Assembly: GCA_048938105.1 (NCBI GenBank)
Contig: JBHLMN010000004.1
Span: forward strand, 96,001 to 160,000
Direction of reading: 5' to 3'
Source of the DNA: Promethearchaeota archaeon
GTDB taxonomy: Archaea; Asgardarchaeota; Heimdallarchaeia; Hodarchaeales; Hodarchaeaceae
Length of the DNA: 64,000 nucleotides
The notes beneath the pieces are model-generated. The model was not told the DNA's origin and did not search any database. It worked only from the letters and a program-made list of their open reading frames with translations. How positions within the stretch are numbered: position 1 is the stretch's first letter; the number at the start of each line of letters is the position of its first letter. Positions 38,998 through 50,293 of the stretch are shown here, piece by piece. The position numbers and the translations under genes were made by a program.

Positions 38998-40769
38998 GTA
39001 TTTCCAAAACAATTCAGAGGTTTTATCTCCATAGTTACCGTCATAGAACTGTTGTTGGCCTAGCCATCTTCCTTTATGTATCATTAATAATTGCAATGGC
39101 TATGTTTTATCCTGGGGAAGATGCATTAATAGAGTTCATCAGACTTATGGAATTCCTTGGTGATTTTCCTACTGACAATCCTGGCTTCTCTCTTTGGTTG
39201 ATCTTTTTTTGCGGATTCAGTCTTTCTTTGTATTTACCAGTTGGAGGTGTATTTCTTGGAAGTAATCTGCTACCTATTAACGAGAAGGATGGTAAAGAAA
39301 TCCTCTTCTCTACTCCGAAATCGCTAACAATATCATTCTTGGAGAATTCAATCGTTGTTATCATTTTGATTGTTTTGCTTTCTCTTCCCAGTTACCTAGT
39401 TTCTCTGGGTCTTCTTTACATCAATAATGCTTGGGATGCTGCTTTGAATATGACCATTTGTTTTTTTCTTGCAGTTATGCTGGTAATAGCCATAACATTT
39501 CTTGCTGCATTCGGATGTACGATTAACTTCTCCAAAGTCACTGGGTATACAATTGGGGGATTATACATTCTTTTCTCAATTGTTGCAGAGTTAACAGCCA
39601 ACCAAATAAGTGAGCTTGATTCTCTTCGCCAATTAAGTCTATTTTCTCAAGCAGAAGTGGTCAATAATAGCTTGTCTGGAACTTGGAATGAAGAGTTCAT
39701 TTTATTAGTCATTGGTCTTGTCTCAATCCTAATTATTGCATCAATTATACTCTTATATCGAAAGGATTTTTTAAAAAAAGAAGTCAAGCTGCAAACAATT
39801 ACGGGAGAATCAGAAGAAGTAACACAACATAAGGTAAGGATCTTACGGGCTTTCAGAATGGGTTTTGTGTTATACGCTCTTAGATGGCTAAGATTAAAAC
39901 GAAAAAGTATTGGCAATCCTTTAGATAAATTACTCGGGAGACTAGGATGGAAATACCCAGCTATTAGAGATCAGCTTCATGCGAATGCGTTTCTATTCAT
40001 AATCTATCTCGCATTTATGATATTTTATGCCTTTTATGTCATTGTAATGTACTTGGAGGAAGAAGTTGCAGAGCTTCTACAGAGTTTTAATATGCCCTTC
40101 ATGGAAGCATTGTTATTCGGGAATAAAATATCAGACACTATTATTGAACGTCCATTGGAGACATTTCTTGCCTTTGAGATCTATAGTTTTACTTGGATGA
40201 TTATAGCTCCCCTCTTTCTCATTATCATTTATGATATATTAACACGAGATTATAGAAATGGGTATGCTGAAATTACATGGGTTCTACCAAAGACTGGAAC
40301 ACGTATTTTTATCAGTAGAACTATAGCAGCTCTTATCTATTTCATAATTATAAGTCTTACTCAAATCTCTACCCTTTTCCTTATGGAAGGCCTTCTTGGT
40401 CGTGTTTCTAAGCATGGGATTATGCCCACAGCAATAAGCTATTTCATCTCTGTTTGGGGTTATTGTGTAATCTTTGTGTTCTTTCTCTCACTTGCGCTTC
40501 TAGTACCTTCCAAACACGCTCTCAAAACTCTAATCATTGGATGGGTTTTTTTCGTTCTAGTAATCTTCATTGCTTTTCTACCAGGAACTGATCTCTCATG
40601 GATGAGGTTTTTAACCCCCTTTGGTTATTTCGACTCAATTAGTATCATCTTGGATAAACGAACGGTGATTGATGTTCTCCCAGAGGCGGTAGTGGGTACT
40701 CTCTTGACCATTCTTTTCTACATTATCGTTCTGAAGAAAAGAGTTCCAGCTGTTGATTACTTGGTTTAG
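38994..40769 (+). CDS. ABC-2 permease (two fused permease halves)
   Basis: About 12 TMs with paired EKDGKEILFSTP and DYRNGYAEITWVLP loops; ATGA overlap with the ATPase gene. Confidence 0.8.
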   Translation: MSISKTIQRFYLHSYRHRTVVGLAIFLYVSLIIAMAMFYPGEDALIEFIRLMEFLGDFPTDNPGFSLWLIFFCGFSLSLYLPVGGVFLGSNLLPINEKDGKEILFSTPKSLTISFLENSIVVIILIVLLSLPSYLVSLGLLYINNAWDAALNMTICFFLAVMLVIAITFLAAFGCTINFSKVTGYTIGGLYILFSIVAELTANQISELDSLRQLSLFSQAEVVNNSLSGTWNEEFILLVIGLVSILIIASIILLYRKDFLKKEVKLQTITGESEEVTQHKVRILRAFRMGFVLYALRWLRLKRKSIGNPLDKLLGRLGWKYPAIRDQLHANAFLFIIYLAFMIFYAFYVIVMYLEEEVAELLQSFNMPFMEALLFGNKISDTIIERPLETFLAFEIYSFTWMIIAPLFLIIIYDILTRDYRNGYAEITWVLPKTGTRIFISRTIAALIYFIIISLTQISTLFLMEGLLGRVSKHGIMPTAISYFISVWGYCVIFVFFLSLALLVPSKHALKTLIIGWVFFVLVIFIAFLPGTDLSWMRFLTPFGYFDSISIILDKRTVIDVLPEAVVGTLLTILFYIIVLKKRVPAVDYLV

Positions 40770-40803
40770 CTCCTTTTCAATAGGAGCTAATTCCTCTTTT
40801 TTT
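40766..40803 (+). terminator. Hairpin plus T-tract terminator
   Basis: ttagctcct-tttcaat-aggagctaa followed by a T-rich tract. Confidence 0.6.
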
Positions 40804-41048
40804 AGTAAGATTTTGAGCTGGGTATGAATTTTTCATTCTTTACTATAATGGGTTTTTTTGGGCCCACTTTAATTTTTACGTGAAGTAGGAGATGTATACT
40901 CATCTAAAAATCGTTCTTTGCCTAGAAAATTTATACTACGGTTAGTTTGAATAAATAAGGTATAAAGCTGTTTACCTATATATTGTTCAAAATTCCAAAA
41001 AACTATATCCCAGTATTATTTTATTGATTAATTGAAAATAGATGTTTA

Positions 41049-41074
41049 CCTATAAAAAAGAGATTTTTTATAGG
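41049..41074. promoter_or_regulatory. Palindromic operator CCTATAAAAAA-N4-TTTTTTATAGG
   Basis: Perfect 11-bp arms upstream of the ABC gene; TGTTTACCTATA is also repeated at 40969 and 41043. Confidence 0.55.
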
Positions 41075-41142
41075 GTAGAAAACTCTTATTTTCCTATTTA
41101 CTATAAATATCTTTTTGAGAATTCCCTAAACGGTGTTAATCC

Positions 41143-41883
41143 ATGTCACTTAAAATAGAAAATTTATCAAAAAATTATTTTATGGGCGAATTAACTGTCC
41201 CTGCTCTTCAAGAAGTCACCATTTCTATTGAAGAGGGAAAATTCATCGCAGTTTTAGGCCCTTCAGGTTCTGGAAAAACAACATTATTGAACCTTATAGG
41301 AGGCATCGATCGTCCGACCGATGGCGAAATACACTTCAATGATGTAGAATTGTCATCTCTCCCCGAAAAGAAATTAACTCAATATCGTCGAAAGAATGTA
41401 GGATTTATTTTTCAGTTTTATAATCTTGTTGCTTCTCTTACTGCCTTTGAGAATGTAGAACTTGCAGCTAAGCTCACTAATACATCAGATGAAGCGAAAA
41501 AAATTGCAAAAGAGCTACTAGAAGAAGTTGGCTTAAAAGATAAAATAAATAAATTCCCTGCACAGCTTAGTGGCGGTGAGCAACAGCGAGTAGCCATTGC
41601 AAGGGCATTGGCTAAAAATCCTAGGATATTATTAGCTGATGAACCAACAGGAAACATAGATAGCGAAACCACGGGAAAAATCTTGAAATTACTCAAAAGG
41701 ATTAACGAAAAGCATCATGTTACAATGGTGCTGATAACCCACAACGTCGGTATTTCATATCTAGCAGACACAGTCATTTATTTACGTGATGGTAAAATTT
41801 TCGGCACTTCTGCATATGATCCAGCCAAAGAAGAAGAATTTTGGGAAACCCTCACTGCAGCTCCAGCTATTGAAAAAGTATAA
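41143..41883 (+). CDS. LolD/MacB-type ABC ATP-binding protein
   Basis: [41 protein letters not shown]. Confidence 0.9.
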   Translation: MSLKIENLSKNYFMGELTVPALQEVTISIEEGKFIAVLGPSGSGKTTLLNLIGGIDRPTDGEIHFNDVELSSLPEKKLTQYRRKNVGFIFQFYNLVASLTAFENVELAAKLTNTSDEAKKIAKELLEEVGLKDKINKFPAQLSGGEQQRVAIARALAKNPRILLADEPTGNIDSETTGKILKLLKRINEKHHVTMVLITHNVGISYLADTVIYLRDGKIFGTSAYDPAKEEEFWETLTAAPAIEKV

Positions 41884-41892
41884 CTTATTGAG

Positions 41893-44283
41893 GTGTTTAA
41901 AATGAAGTTATTTTTTCTAAAGGCTTGGAGAGATTTGAAACGTAAGAAAATTCGATCTATTCCGATATTCATTGTCATCATTATTGGTGGTATAGCCTCA
42001 ATCATGTATAGTAATATTTATGTCACATGGTTTGAAGCTACAAACGCTTCTTGGGGAAACCAAAGATACCATCATCTTCTTGTAACTGTCACTCCTATGG
42101 ATGCGAAAAATCTAACTCGAATAGTAAATCAAGTCAAAATAAATACAAATTTGGATCCTGATTTTGAAATTCGATCCTTTCTTGAAGTAAAAGTTAGTAA
42201 AGATACAGGAGGATCAGGAATTACAACACAGCTTTACGGAATAAACGGTACACGACCCTTACATGTAGATATGTTATATTATTATTCAGATGAAACATTG
42301 GATAAATCTAGTTCTCCTAATGTGTCGGTAGTAGACAAATATACAGCTGAACTCAATGATTGGCAAATCGGTAGTAATCTCATAATATCTGGTATTGAAG
42401 GTGTTGAACCTTTTACAGTGAGTACAATAGCACATGTGGATTCACCAGAATATCTAGTGGCACCAGGAGCGGCGGCAGCAGAATTTTTTGATTTCTGGTC
42501 TGGTCCTGTTATTTGGATGCGGTACACTGATTTATTAAGTATTACAAATAATGAGATACAAGCTAATCAAATGGTATTTCATTTTAAAGATCCATCAAAG
42601 AGAAACCTGTTTTTAGGGGAGCTAATTACAGTATTAGGGGAAGAGAATGTAATAAATACTGAAGGAAGAAATTGGTACATCGAAGTAGTAGGTTTAGAGC
42701 TTTTAGGTATGGGGGTTATTATGGCTATAGCATTTACTGGGATAGCTGCGATCTTACTATTCATAGTTTTGAAACGAATTATAGAAGAAGAACTTCCAAC
42801 TTTGGGTCTTTTCAAATCCTTAGGGTTCACAAATCGTGAACTAATAATAAGTACTATTATTTACTCACTGATCATCAGCTTAATTGGTGGGATTATTGGA
42901 TCTATATGTGGTGCTATTGTTGGAATTAGCTTAAGTGATTACATGATTTTTGAGTTAGCAGGCATTAAGAAATTACCAACTGTTGGAGGAATATCTCCGA
43001 TTTCATTACTACCTGCAGTTTGTTATTTTCTTCTTACTTGTATCCTAACTACTATGGGTTCCCTTTTCGCTGTTAGAAAGATCTTCAAAATGCGGCCTTT
43101 AGACGCCATGAAACCGAAAGCTAAATTTGATCCTGGTAAATTGACTTATGTTGAACGTATAGTAACGAAGTTTCGTTCACTTTCTCCCTTAACGAAATTT
43201 TCAATTCGTTCACTTTTTCAAGATAAACGAAAATCCATCTTTATTCTGGCTGGTATCTTTTTGGCAACATTTATTTCGTTCTTTGGAACAAATGTTACCT
43301 TTAATTATTATTCAGGGTTCGATAAGCAGATTAACTATTATCAAAATTGGGATATTCAAGTTATTTTTCGAAATTATCAAAATGAGAGTCAAATCTCAAC
43401 CATACTTCAAGAGAATGCTGGATTGATTAATGAAAATGAACCAGCTGTGCTAGTACCTTTTCGCTTTTCAGAAGATTTGTCACGTATTTATAGTTTAACA
43501 GGCCTAGTTACTAATTCTAATATGAGGCGGTTTGATAATAATATATTTCCAGCAGAAGGAGAACTTGCTATAACTAAAGATCTTGCTCTTAAGTTTAAAG
43601 TTGGAACAGGAGACGATATTAATATTAAAGTTTTCAATGCAACTCATACCCTAACAATTGGAAATGTTTTAAATGATCTATCAGGATCAGGGATTTACTG
43701 TACGATAGACACAGCACGTATGTTAGCTGGATTAGATAACAGTGATTCGAACATCCTTTTTATCAAAGCTACCGATCCAGATCAGCTTTCATCAAAATTG
43801 GAATTAGAATCTGATGTTCACAAAGTTATTAATAAGAATGATCTCAAGGAAACTATTGAGTTAATCAACAATTTGACTATGTTGTTAATTTCGCTCGCAT
43901 TGTTTGCTGGATTATTAGTTGGTGTTTCTATTGCTGTAACGATAGTATCTATTTCTATTTCTGAACGTAAACACGATTTCATCAGTTTTAGAGCACTAGG
44001 AGTGTCAAATAAGGAATTATTTAATACAATTCTGCTAGAACTTATAATAGCTGGGATAGGCGGTTTAGTTTTTGGTTTTATTGGCAGCCTTTTTCTGACA
44101 AACGCCCTATATGATTTTGCAGCAACAGTTGGTGTGATTCTTATTTTTGAGTTATCACCTGTTAGTATTGGCATAACAATTGCGAATGTGGGTCTTGGAA
44201 TTGTCTTAGCAACTTATTTTTCGCTCCGATCACTCTTCCGAACTTCGATTTCTGAAGAAACGGTGAGTAGAATTATAGGTTGA
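41893..44283 (+). CDS. FtsX/MacB-like ABC permease
   Basis: Duplicated FtsX domains (LGLFKSLGF; ISERKHDFISFRALGV). Confidence 0.85.
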   Translation: MFKMKLFFLKAWRDLKRKKIRSIPIFIVIIIGGIASIMYSNIYVTWFEATNASWGNQRYHHLLVTVTPMDAKNLTRIVNQVKINTNLDPDFEIRSFLEVKVSKDTGGSGITTQLYGINGTRPLHVDMLYYYSDETLDKSSSPNVSVVDKYTAELNDWQIGSNLIISGIEGVEPFTVSTIAHVDSPEYLVAPGAAAAEFFDFWSGPVIWMRYTDLLSITNNEIQANQMVFHFKDPSKRNLFLGELITVLGEENVINTEGRNWYIEVVGLELLGMGVIMAIAFTGIAAILLFIVLKRIIEEELPTLGLFKSLGFTNRELIISTIIYSLIISLIGGIIGSICGAIVGISLSDYMIFELAGIKKLPTVGGISPISLLPAVCYFLLTCILTTMGSLFAVRKIFKMRPLDAMKPKAKFDPGKLTYVERIVTKFRSLSPLTKFSIRSLFQDKRKSIFILAGIFLATFISFFGTNVTFNYYSGFDKQINYYQNWDIQVIFRNYQNESQISTILQENAGLINENEPAVLVPFRFSEDLSRIYSLTGLVTNSNMRRFDNNIFPAEGELAITKDLALKFKVGTGDDINIKVFNATHTLTIGNVLNDLSGSGIYCTIDTARMLAGLDNSDSNILFIKATDPDQLSSKLELESDVHKVINKNDLKETIELINNLTMLLISLALFAGLLVGVSIAVTIVSISISERKHDFISFRALGVSNKELFNTILLELIIAGIGGLVFGFIGSLFLTNALYDFAATVGVILIFELSPVSIGITIANVGLGIVLATYFSLRSLFRTSISEETVSRIIG

Positions 44284-44445
44284 AGAAGCTGCGCCAATTT
44301 TTCCCCCCTTTTTTTCTTAAAACTCTTTTCCTTTTATTTTTTTGAATGTACAGATATACAGATATTAATTAATCATATATGTAAAGAATATAAAAAAAAA
44401 TACTAAAATAGTTGTATTCAGATAACATACACGAAGGATGACCAA

Positions 44446-45897
44446 ATGAAAGAAATCATCGTCGGAGTATATCTAACTGCCGTCATCTTGCTCAATATTT
44501 GGGCTTTAAACTTTCTTCAAATTTTTCTTCGTTTTATTTTCATCCGATTACGTAAAGGACGATTCCAGTTTGATTTTCCCCAAGATTATTTTCCCATGGT
44601 TACGTTTCAAATACCTATTTATAATGAACGTCCAGAAATGATTCAAATAATCCTTGAAAGCATCTATCTACAAAAGTACCCAAAAGATCGAATTGAAATT
44701 TTAATTCTGGATCAAAGTGATGATCATGTAATCATTGATGCTCTAAAATCAGTTGTAAAGGAATTTAAAAGGAAGACCTTAATGAACGTATCAATTGTAT
44801 TTGTTGATCGTTTTGGTGATCCTACTGATACTTCAACCCAATTTAAGGCTGGTTCATTAAATTTTGTTACAAAAAAAAGTTTAGGTGATATTTTTATTGT
44901 TGTTGATGGGGATACCTATCTTGACCCAGATTATCTAAGTTATATCATTCCACATTTTTCACGAAAAGAGATTGGATTGGTTTTACCCCGTCCAACCGTG
45001 CACACTCGTCATAAAGATATTTTTGCGTGTTGGGTACGACTTACAAATCACTTTTACTTCATAAAGAATTACATCGAATCGGTTGTAGGTATCCCAGTGA
45101 GCTTCTTAGGAAATGGGGTTGCTCTTCGACGAGAGGTAGTAGAGCGATTCCGTTGGGATACAACACAGGAGGATGCTTGCATGGGGTATTATGCCACGAC
45201 TATTGGAAAATGGAGAGCATGGTTCGAAAGTAAGGCGGTTGTATATGATGAGGGAGTCATATATAGTCTTAAAGATGGTAAAAAGAAGTGGGCACGCTTA
45301 GCTCATGGACAAAGTCAATTCATCAAGAAAATTACACATGATTCCGAGAATCGACGAACATTCCTCCTCAATTACCAAATATTAATCAAGGCAATATTAG
45401 GACCCGCTTTACCCTTGTTGCTTATTCTTCTTCCATTCATTCTGTTTTGGGTGTATTATTATGATATCTCATTCGAGTCATGGATTGGTATTACTCTCGG
45501 GATCTTTTCATTATTAGGGAGTATAAGTACGTTCTTTTTATTATATATGGTTTATAGATATGGACCTATTAGCGACCTTTTCTATTATCTAATTTTGCCT
45601 TTAAACGGGATTGTGTGTCTTGTTCCAGGCGTATTAGCTTTTGTAAGTGGTCTTTTTGGAGGAGAAAGAGACTTCTACCGTGTCCAGAGACACTCAAAGG
45701 CTATTCCAAAAACTGAAACGGGAGTTAAATTAATAGAAGGAGGATTAGCAATTTTCTTCTTAATTACTCTCTTTATATTTCTTCATAAATCATCCGCATT
45801 CGTTTTTTATTTCACTTATTTTGGAGTAATGATCGCTAGTTTTACTAATTTCCGGATTCCTCAACGAGACATCTTAACGGAGTTACCTACAAAGTAA
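44446..45897 (+). CDS. Membrane GT2 glycosyltransferase (cellulose-synthase-like)
   Basis: IPIYNE, DQSDD, KAGSLN, VDGD and QED motifs; C-terminal TMs. Confidence 0.8.
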   Translation: MKEIIVGVYLTAVILLNIWALNFLQIFLRFIFIRLRKGRFQFDFPQDYFPMVTFQIPIYNERPEMIQIILESIYLQKYPKDRIEILILDQSDDHVIIDALKSVVKEFKRKTLMNVSIVFVDRFGDPTDTSTQFKAGSLNFVTKKSLGDIFIVVDGDTYLDPDYLSYIIPHFSRKEIGLVLPRPTVHTRHKDIFACWVRLTNHFYFIKNYIESVVGIPVSFLGNGVALRREVVERFRWDTTQEDACMGYYATTIGKWRAWFESKAVVYDEGVIYSLKDGKKKWARLAHGQSQFIKKITHDSENRRTFLLNYQILIKAILGPALPLLLILLPFILFWVYYYDISFESWIGITLGIFSLLGSISTFFLLYMVYRYGPISDLFYYLILPLNGIVCLVPGVLAFVSGLFGGERDFYRVQRHSKAIPKTETGVKLIEGGLAIFFLITLFIFLHKSSAFVFYFTYFGVMIASFTNFRIPQRDILTELPTK

Positions 45898-46191
45898 GAA
45901 GCTGTCTCCCTCCCCTCAGAGGTAGATAAGTCTTCTGAAACATCCTCTAAGATTCTCACATCCTAAGTATCAACATTAAAGAAATTTACATAAATTTCTG
46001 ATAGGAGAGTTTTAATCAATAGCATAATTGAAGGATGATTTAAGCCTCTTTTTCTAGTCGTATTAGCAAAAATTCCTAACTACAGAGAGATTATTTTAGA
46101 ATACCATTATTCGAGTTTTTAATTCTTGAATAGAAGGGGGAATGAGGAAGAGGAGGGAGTTAGTGATGCACTAATCGAAATGTTTTTATAG

Positions 46192-47169
46192 GTGCAAATT
46201 GCACAATCTATACAAGTAATGAAAAGAGGTTTCAAAACGAGCCTTCGTTCAATGGTCAGAATCATTTCACAAAATAAAAAAATTTTATTCATATTTTTGC
46301 CTTTTTTTGTAATTAATGTTTGGTTTTTTGTTTTACTTTATACTTTATCTAAAGTTCCCTTTTATTCTCTCACTCTTGGTTTAAATACTGATTTAATTGC
46401 ATCTCATGTCTATTTTGTTCATGGTTTCAATGGTGATGATTCCCAATTTCATGATTTGATACGCTACCTGAACAGTACAAGCCTTTTTAGATGTAACTCA
46501 GTTCGAAATGTCACCCCTCTTTATTTTAATTATTATACGAAATATTACAATCTATGCATGACAAAAGAGGAGATCCACAACATTAAAGGCGGTATTTCCA
46601 CGTATGCTAAAGATTTTTATGAGCAACTTCGTGTTACTCATAAGACACCCACCCAAATTGATATTGTAGCCCATAGTCTTGGTGGTTTAATTACCCGAGA
46701 GATGCTTAGGATTTATCGGACTGAGTTGGAAAAACAAGGGATTCAAGTTTTGCGTGTTATTACGTTAGGAACCCCGCATCTTGGCACAGAAATATCAAAT
46801 CATCCTCTAGCGGAGCAAATCTTGTATTTTTTTGGATATCATGGAACAACAATAGAACGTTCAGTCACACCAGGTAGTGCTTTTCTTTCTCGTCTCAATC
46901 AAAATTCTAGCAGCTATATGGAAGATATTGCATGGTACTTCGTAGCAGGAGTTTCGTTACATCCTTTAGTAGTTCTTGTTCAAGAGACTATCTTTGATGG
47001 AGTTCCCTGTGATGGTCTTGTTGATTGTGAGAGTGCTTTAGCCCTAGGATTACCTTTCGAGCCTATCAATCGGATAATAATTCAGAAGGATCATGACCAA
47101 CTACTCTGGGACCCCCAAAATCAAGAATCTTATAAATATATTAACAAGTGGTTATCAGCAACTCCTTAG
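46192..47169 (+). CDS. Alpha/beta-hydrolase (lipase/PGAP1-like) with an N-terminal TM
   Basis: FVHGF, AHSLGG, LGTPHLG, DGLV and a catalytic His near the C-terminus. Confidence 0.8.
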   Translation: MQIAQSIQVMKRGFKTSLRSMVRIISQNKKILFIFLPFFVINVWFFVLLYTLSKVPFYSLTLGLNTDLIASHVYFVHGFNGDDSQFHDLIRYLNSTSLFRCNSVRNVTPLYFNYYTKYYNLCMTKEEIHNIKGGISTYAKDFYEQLRVTHKTPTQIDIVAHSLGGLITREMLRIYRTELEKQGIQVLRVITLGTPHLGTEISNHPLAEQILYFFGYHGTTIERSVTPGSAFLSRLNQNSSSYMEDIAWYFVAGVSLHPLVVLVQETIFDGVPCDGLVDCESALALGLPFEPINRIIIQKDHDQLLWDPQNQESYKYINKWLSATP

Positions 47170-47242
47170 GGTAGTTTATAAGAACATATAAAATTTCGAG
47201 ATCTATCACTACTCAATAATCTCGATTCTCAATTACCTTTTA

Positions 47243-50200
47243 TTGTCGATTTTTAGAGCTAATCTTATTGGGAAGATGAGCCCATTGGTTAGAATAATGT
47301 TTAGTAAGATTAGTAACACAATTTTTCTAACCTATGAACTTATAATTGAAAATAGGAGGTTAGCTCTTCCTACTATGATTGGTTTAATCATCGCTTTGAC
47401 AGTGATTTCTCATACTGGAGCCTTAATCGACTCCTATCGCCAGGAAATATTTGAGGAGACTGTTTTTAATCCTTTTTATGGTTACTCTGCATATCAGGGA
47501 GATGTTGAGATTGAATTATACTTAAGGGATATCTTAGGGACCTATTTAACTGCTGTCCAAGGGTCTACTCATAATCCTGAGTTGTTGATAAACTATGATG
47601 TTTATGATAAATACATTGAGAAATCTATTGATCTATCTCACTATTCGGACTATATTTCCCAATTCTTTTGGTATAGTACAATAAATTTCAATGTGTGGAT
47701 AAATAAATCGGGTCATCCTGAAATCCCTGAACAACCTAAAAGTTTTCTTGGTTCTTGGAGCACAGAAATATTTACTTCTTCTTCTTTGGAATTTTTCGAT
47801 CAGTTGGAGAAAAATCTTAAGAATACGGGGTCAGGGCGTCTTCCACAAACTTCTTCAGAGATTATATTTATTCGACCAAGTTCCTCTTCTTTGGAAGAAT
47901 TAGATAAATCAATTGATTCAATGTTTGAAAATTTCACGCTTAATGCTAAGATTAATTTAACGACCCACTCGTACCATACTACTCTTAGCCTTGAAAGGCC
48001 AAACAAAACCGTTACAATCGTCGGGATTGTAGAATATGAACGAAACTTTGATTCTAAACAAGTTATTGAGGGTAGTAATTCTGATTTACTTCGAACCTAC
48101 TTGAATGAACATATATATCAATACTATTTCTTAACAAAGCCAGCATTTCTCAACCAAACACTATTTGATTTCTCAGAGATGGGAATTGAAGAACTCTGGA
48201 GAATTGGAGAAATTAAGGGTAAGATCTTTCTTGACCACTCCCACTTTAATGCTTATAATGTTAATTCTGAGATTTCACAGTTAGAAAAATTCCTAATATC
48301 CTTAGAAAATAAAGTATATCCTGTTACAAATAACCCTTTCGTATATTCTAAAATTTTAGAGGATATGCGGAATTTTGCTAATTATATCTTTGGTTTACTA
48401 GTAATATTACTTCTGATTAGTACACCAGTTCTCTGTATCGCTCTTTTTCTAGTTGTTTATTCCTTTGGACTTATTCGAAGACAAAAACAAGAGCAAATTG
48501 GAGTTATCAAAATGAGAGGAGGATCCTGGGTTCAAATATTTTCAGTTCTTCTTGGAGAATTGGTAATATTTACACTCTTAGCTGTCATCATTGGATTTTT
48601 CGCTTCTATTTTTCTAGCAGATATTGTTATGCGTTCCACAAACTACCTCGAATTCTTAGGAGTTCAAATGCCCGTTCGTATTACAATCAATTTTATTCAA
48701 TCGCTGCTTTTTTGGGGAATTGTCTTAACATTTCTTCTTAATTTTAAACGTATCTTACAAATGAGCCGTCAACCCATTAAAGAGACCATAATTCCAGTTG
48801 AAACTCAAGATCCTCTCTGGAAAAGATATTATCTAGATTTATTATCATTTTTGATCGGAACTTGTGTTTGGATGATGTATACCTCCCTGATTAAATCCAA
48901 ATACTTGGGAGAGTATGAATCCTTTGTATCCTCCTTACTTCTTCTTATATCATTATTTGCTCTTCTTGCTCCTTTTCTCATTTTTTTTAGTACTATAATG
49001 TTAATCACTAGGATTTCTCCCTTTTTGATTCAACAGCTTTCTAAAATTCTCTGGAGAGTTATAGGAGGAGTTCCAGCGATTTCTATTCGAAATATTATAC
49101 GTCATAAGCAAGCTACAAATCGGGCAATTATCCTGATCACCCTAGCACTTTCGTTTACTATTCTTTCCTCCTCATTGATCTTTTCGCTTGATGAGACTGA
49201 GCGGGTCAAAATATATTACCAAGGAGGAGCGGATATATCACTTAATCTAAAGTCCAAGAATACTAGAATACGTATTCTCTTAGAAGAGAATATTTCTAAC
49301 ATTCAAAGTATTTCTAGTGTTATCTTAGCAGAGAACATTCTGAGGAGTTCCGAGGGACAAAAGTATCAATTTCTTTTTCTTGAACCCGATTCGTACACTC
49401 GTACTGCCTTTAATGACCCTAATCGATTTGAATTAAGTAGTTCCTTATCGAAACTTATGGAGGAAATTTCCGATAACCAAACTGTGATTCTATATGAAGA
49501 AAATTTGAAAGCTACTCCTCAGGAACTTAAGATTTATGAAAATCTCTCTCTCTTAGTCTCTAACACTACAAGTACAGAGGGATTGTCTCTTCGCATTGGA
49601 GGTACATTCAAATATTGGCCTTTATTATACCCTCATCCATGGTATGATTTTTCTTCAACGTATTGGCTTGTAGGAAGCATCGGTCTGTTTGAAAGATTGA
49701 ACAAAGATAACTATATAGATATACAAGATGTTTATTACTTTGCGAGTGTAGATTCATCAGGTAATATTGATGAAACAATACATGAAATCTATAATGAGAC
49801 AGGTATCACCCCAAAATCACCAGGGTTAGAATATCAAAGATATCAAGCTTCATTCACCCGTCGATTCACCCTGTCGGTATTAAATTCTAATTTAATAATC
49901 TGTATTTGCATTTCTGTCATTGGAATAATTATGTTTGCTTTTTTCATTTATGTTGAACGAGGGAAAGAGATAGGGGTTGAAAGAGCCCTTGGAATGACAC
50001 GATTACAAACAGCTCAATCCTATTTAATTGAAGCCATAACTATTCTAGTTTTTGGTTCTGTTATAGGAATTATAACAGGGATGTTCTATGTTACAATGTT
50101 TTTACAAATCACTCAATTCGGCCAAACTGTTCCTCCTCCTGTTGTCACTTTACCAATAACCTTGTTTGCTCAAATAATTATTGTAATAATTATTGCTGCA

Positions 50201-50272
50201 GCCATTGGTACCATCATACCAGCATATTTGGCAACCCGTAAAGATATTAGCCACGTACTTAAGGTTGAATAA
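47243..50272 (+). CDS. Large FtsX-like permease
   Basis: QIGVIKMRGG and ERGKEIGVERALGM motifs; two extracytoplasmic domains. Confidence 0.8.
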   Translation: MSIFRANLIGKMSPLVRIMFSKISNTIFLTYELIIENRRLALPTMIGLIIALTVISHTGALIDSYRQEIFEETVFNPFYGYSAYQGDVEIELYLRDILGTYLTAVQGSTHNPELLINYDVYDKYIEKSIDLSHYSDYISQFFWYSTINFNVWINKSGHPEIPEQPKSFLGSWSTEIFTSSSLEFFDQLEKNLKNTGSGRLPQTSSEIIFIRPSSSSLEELDKSIDSMFENFTLNAKINLTTHSYHTTLSLERPNKTVTIVGIVEYERNFDSKQVIEGSNSDLLRTYLNEHIYQYYFLTKPAFLNQTLFDFSEMGIEELWRIGEIKGKIFLDHSHFNAYNVNSEISQLEKFLISLENKVYPVTNNPFVYSKILEDMRNFANYIFGLLVILLLISTPVLCIALFLVVYSFGLIRRQKQEQIGVIKMRGGSWVQIFSVLLGELVIFTLLAVIIGFFASIFLADIVMRSTNYLEFLGVQMPVRITINFIQSLLFWGIVLTFLLNFKRILQMSRQPIKETIIPVETQDPLWKRYYLDLLSFLIGTCVWMMYTSLIKSKYLGEYESFVSSLLLLISLFALLAPFLIFFSTIMLITRISPFLIQQLSKILWRVIGGVPAISIRNIIRHKQATNRAIILITLALSFTILSSSLIFSLDETERVKIYYQGGADISLNLKSKNTRIRILLEENISNIQSISSVILAENILRSSEGQKYQFLFLEPDSYTRTAFNDPNRFELSSSLSKLMEEISDNQTVILYEENLKATPQELKIYENLSLLVSNTTSTEGLSLRIGGTFKYWPLLYPHPWYDFSSTYWLVGSIGLFERLNKDNYIDIQDVYYFASVDSSGNIDETIHEIYNETGITPKSPGLEYQRYQASFTRRFTLSVLNSNLIICICISVIGIIMFAFFIYVERGKEIGVERALGMTRLQTAQSYLIEAITILVFGSVIGIITGMFYVTMFLQITQFGQTVPPPVVTLPITLFAQIIIVIIIAAAIGTIIPAYLATRKDISHVLKVE

Positions 50273-50293
50273 TCGAATTCTTCTTTCTTAGGC

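Noticed and set aside
46121-46140. AATTCTTGAATAGAAGGGGG as another copy of the cluster promoter motif
   Set aside because: It lacks the TATA core, so it is probably a chance resemblance.
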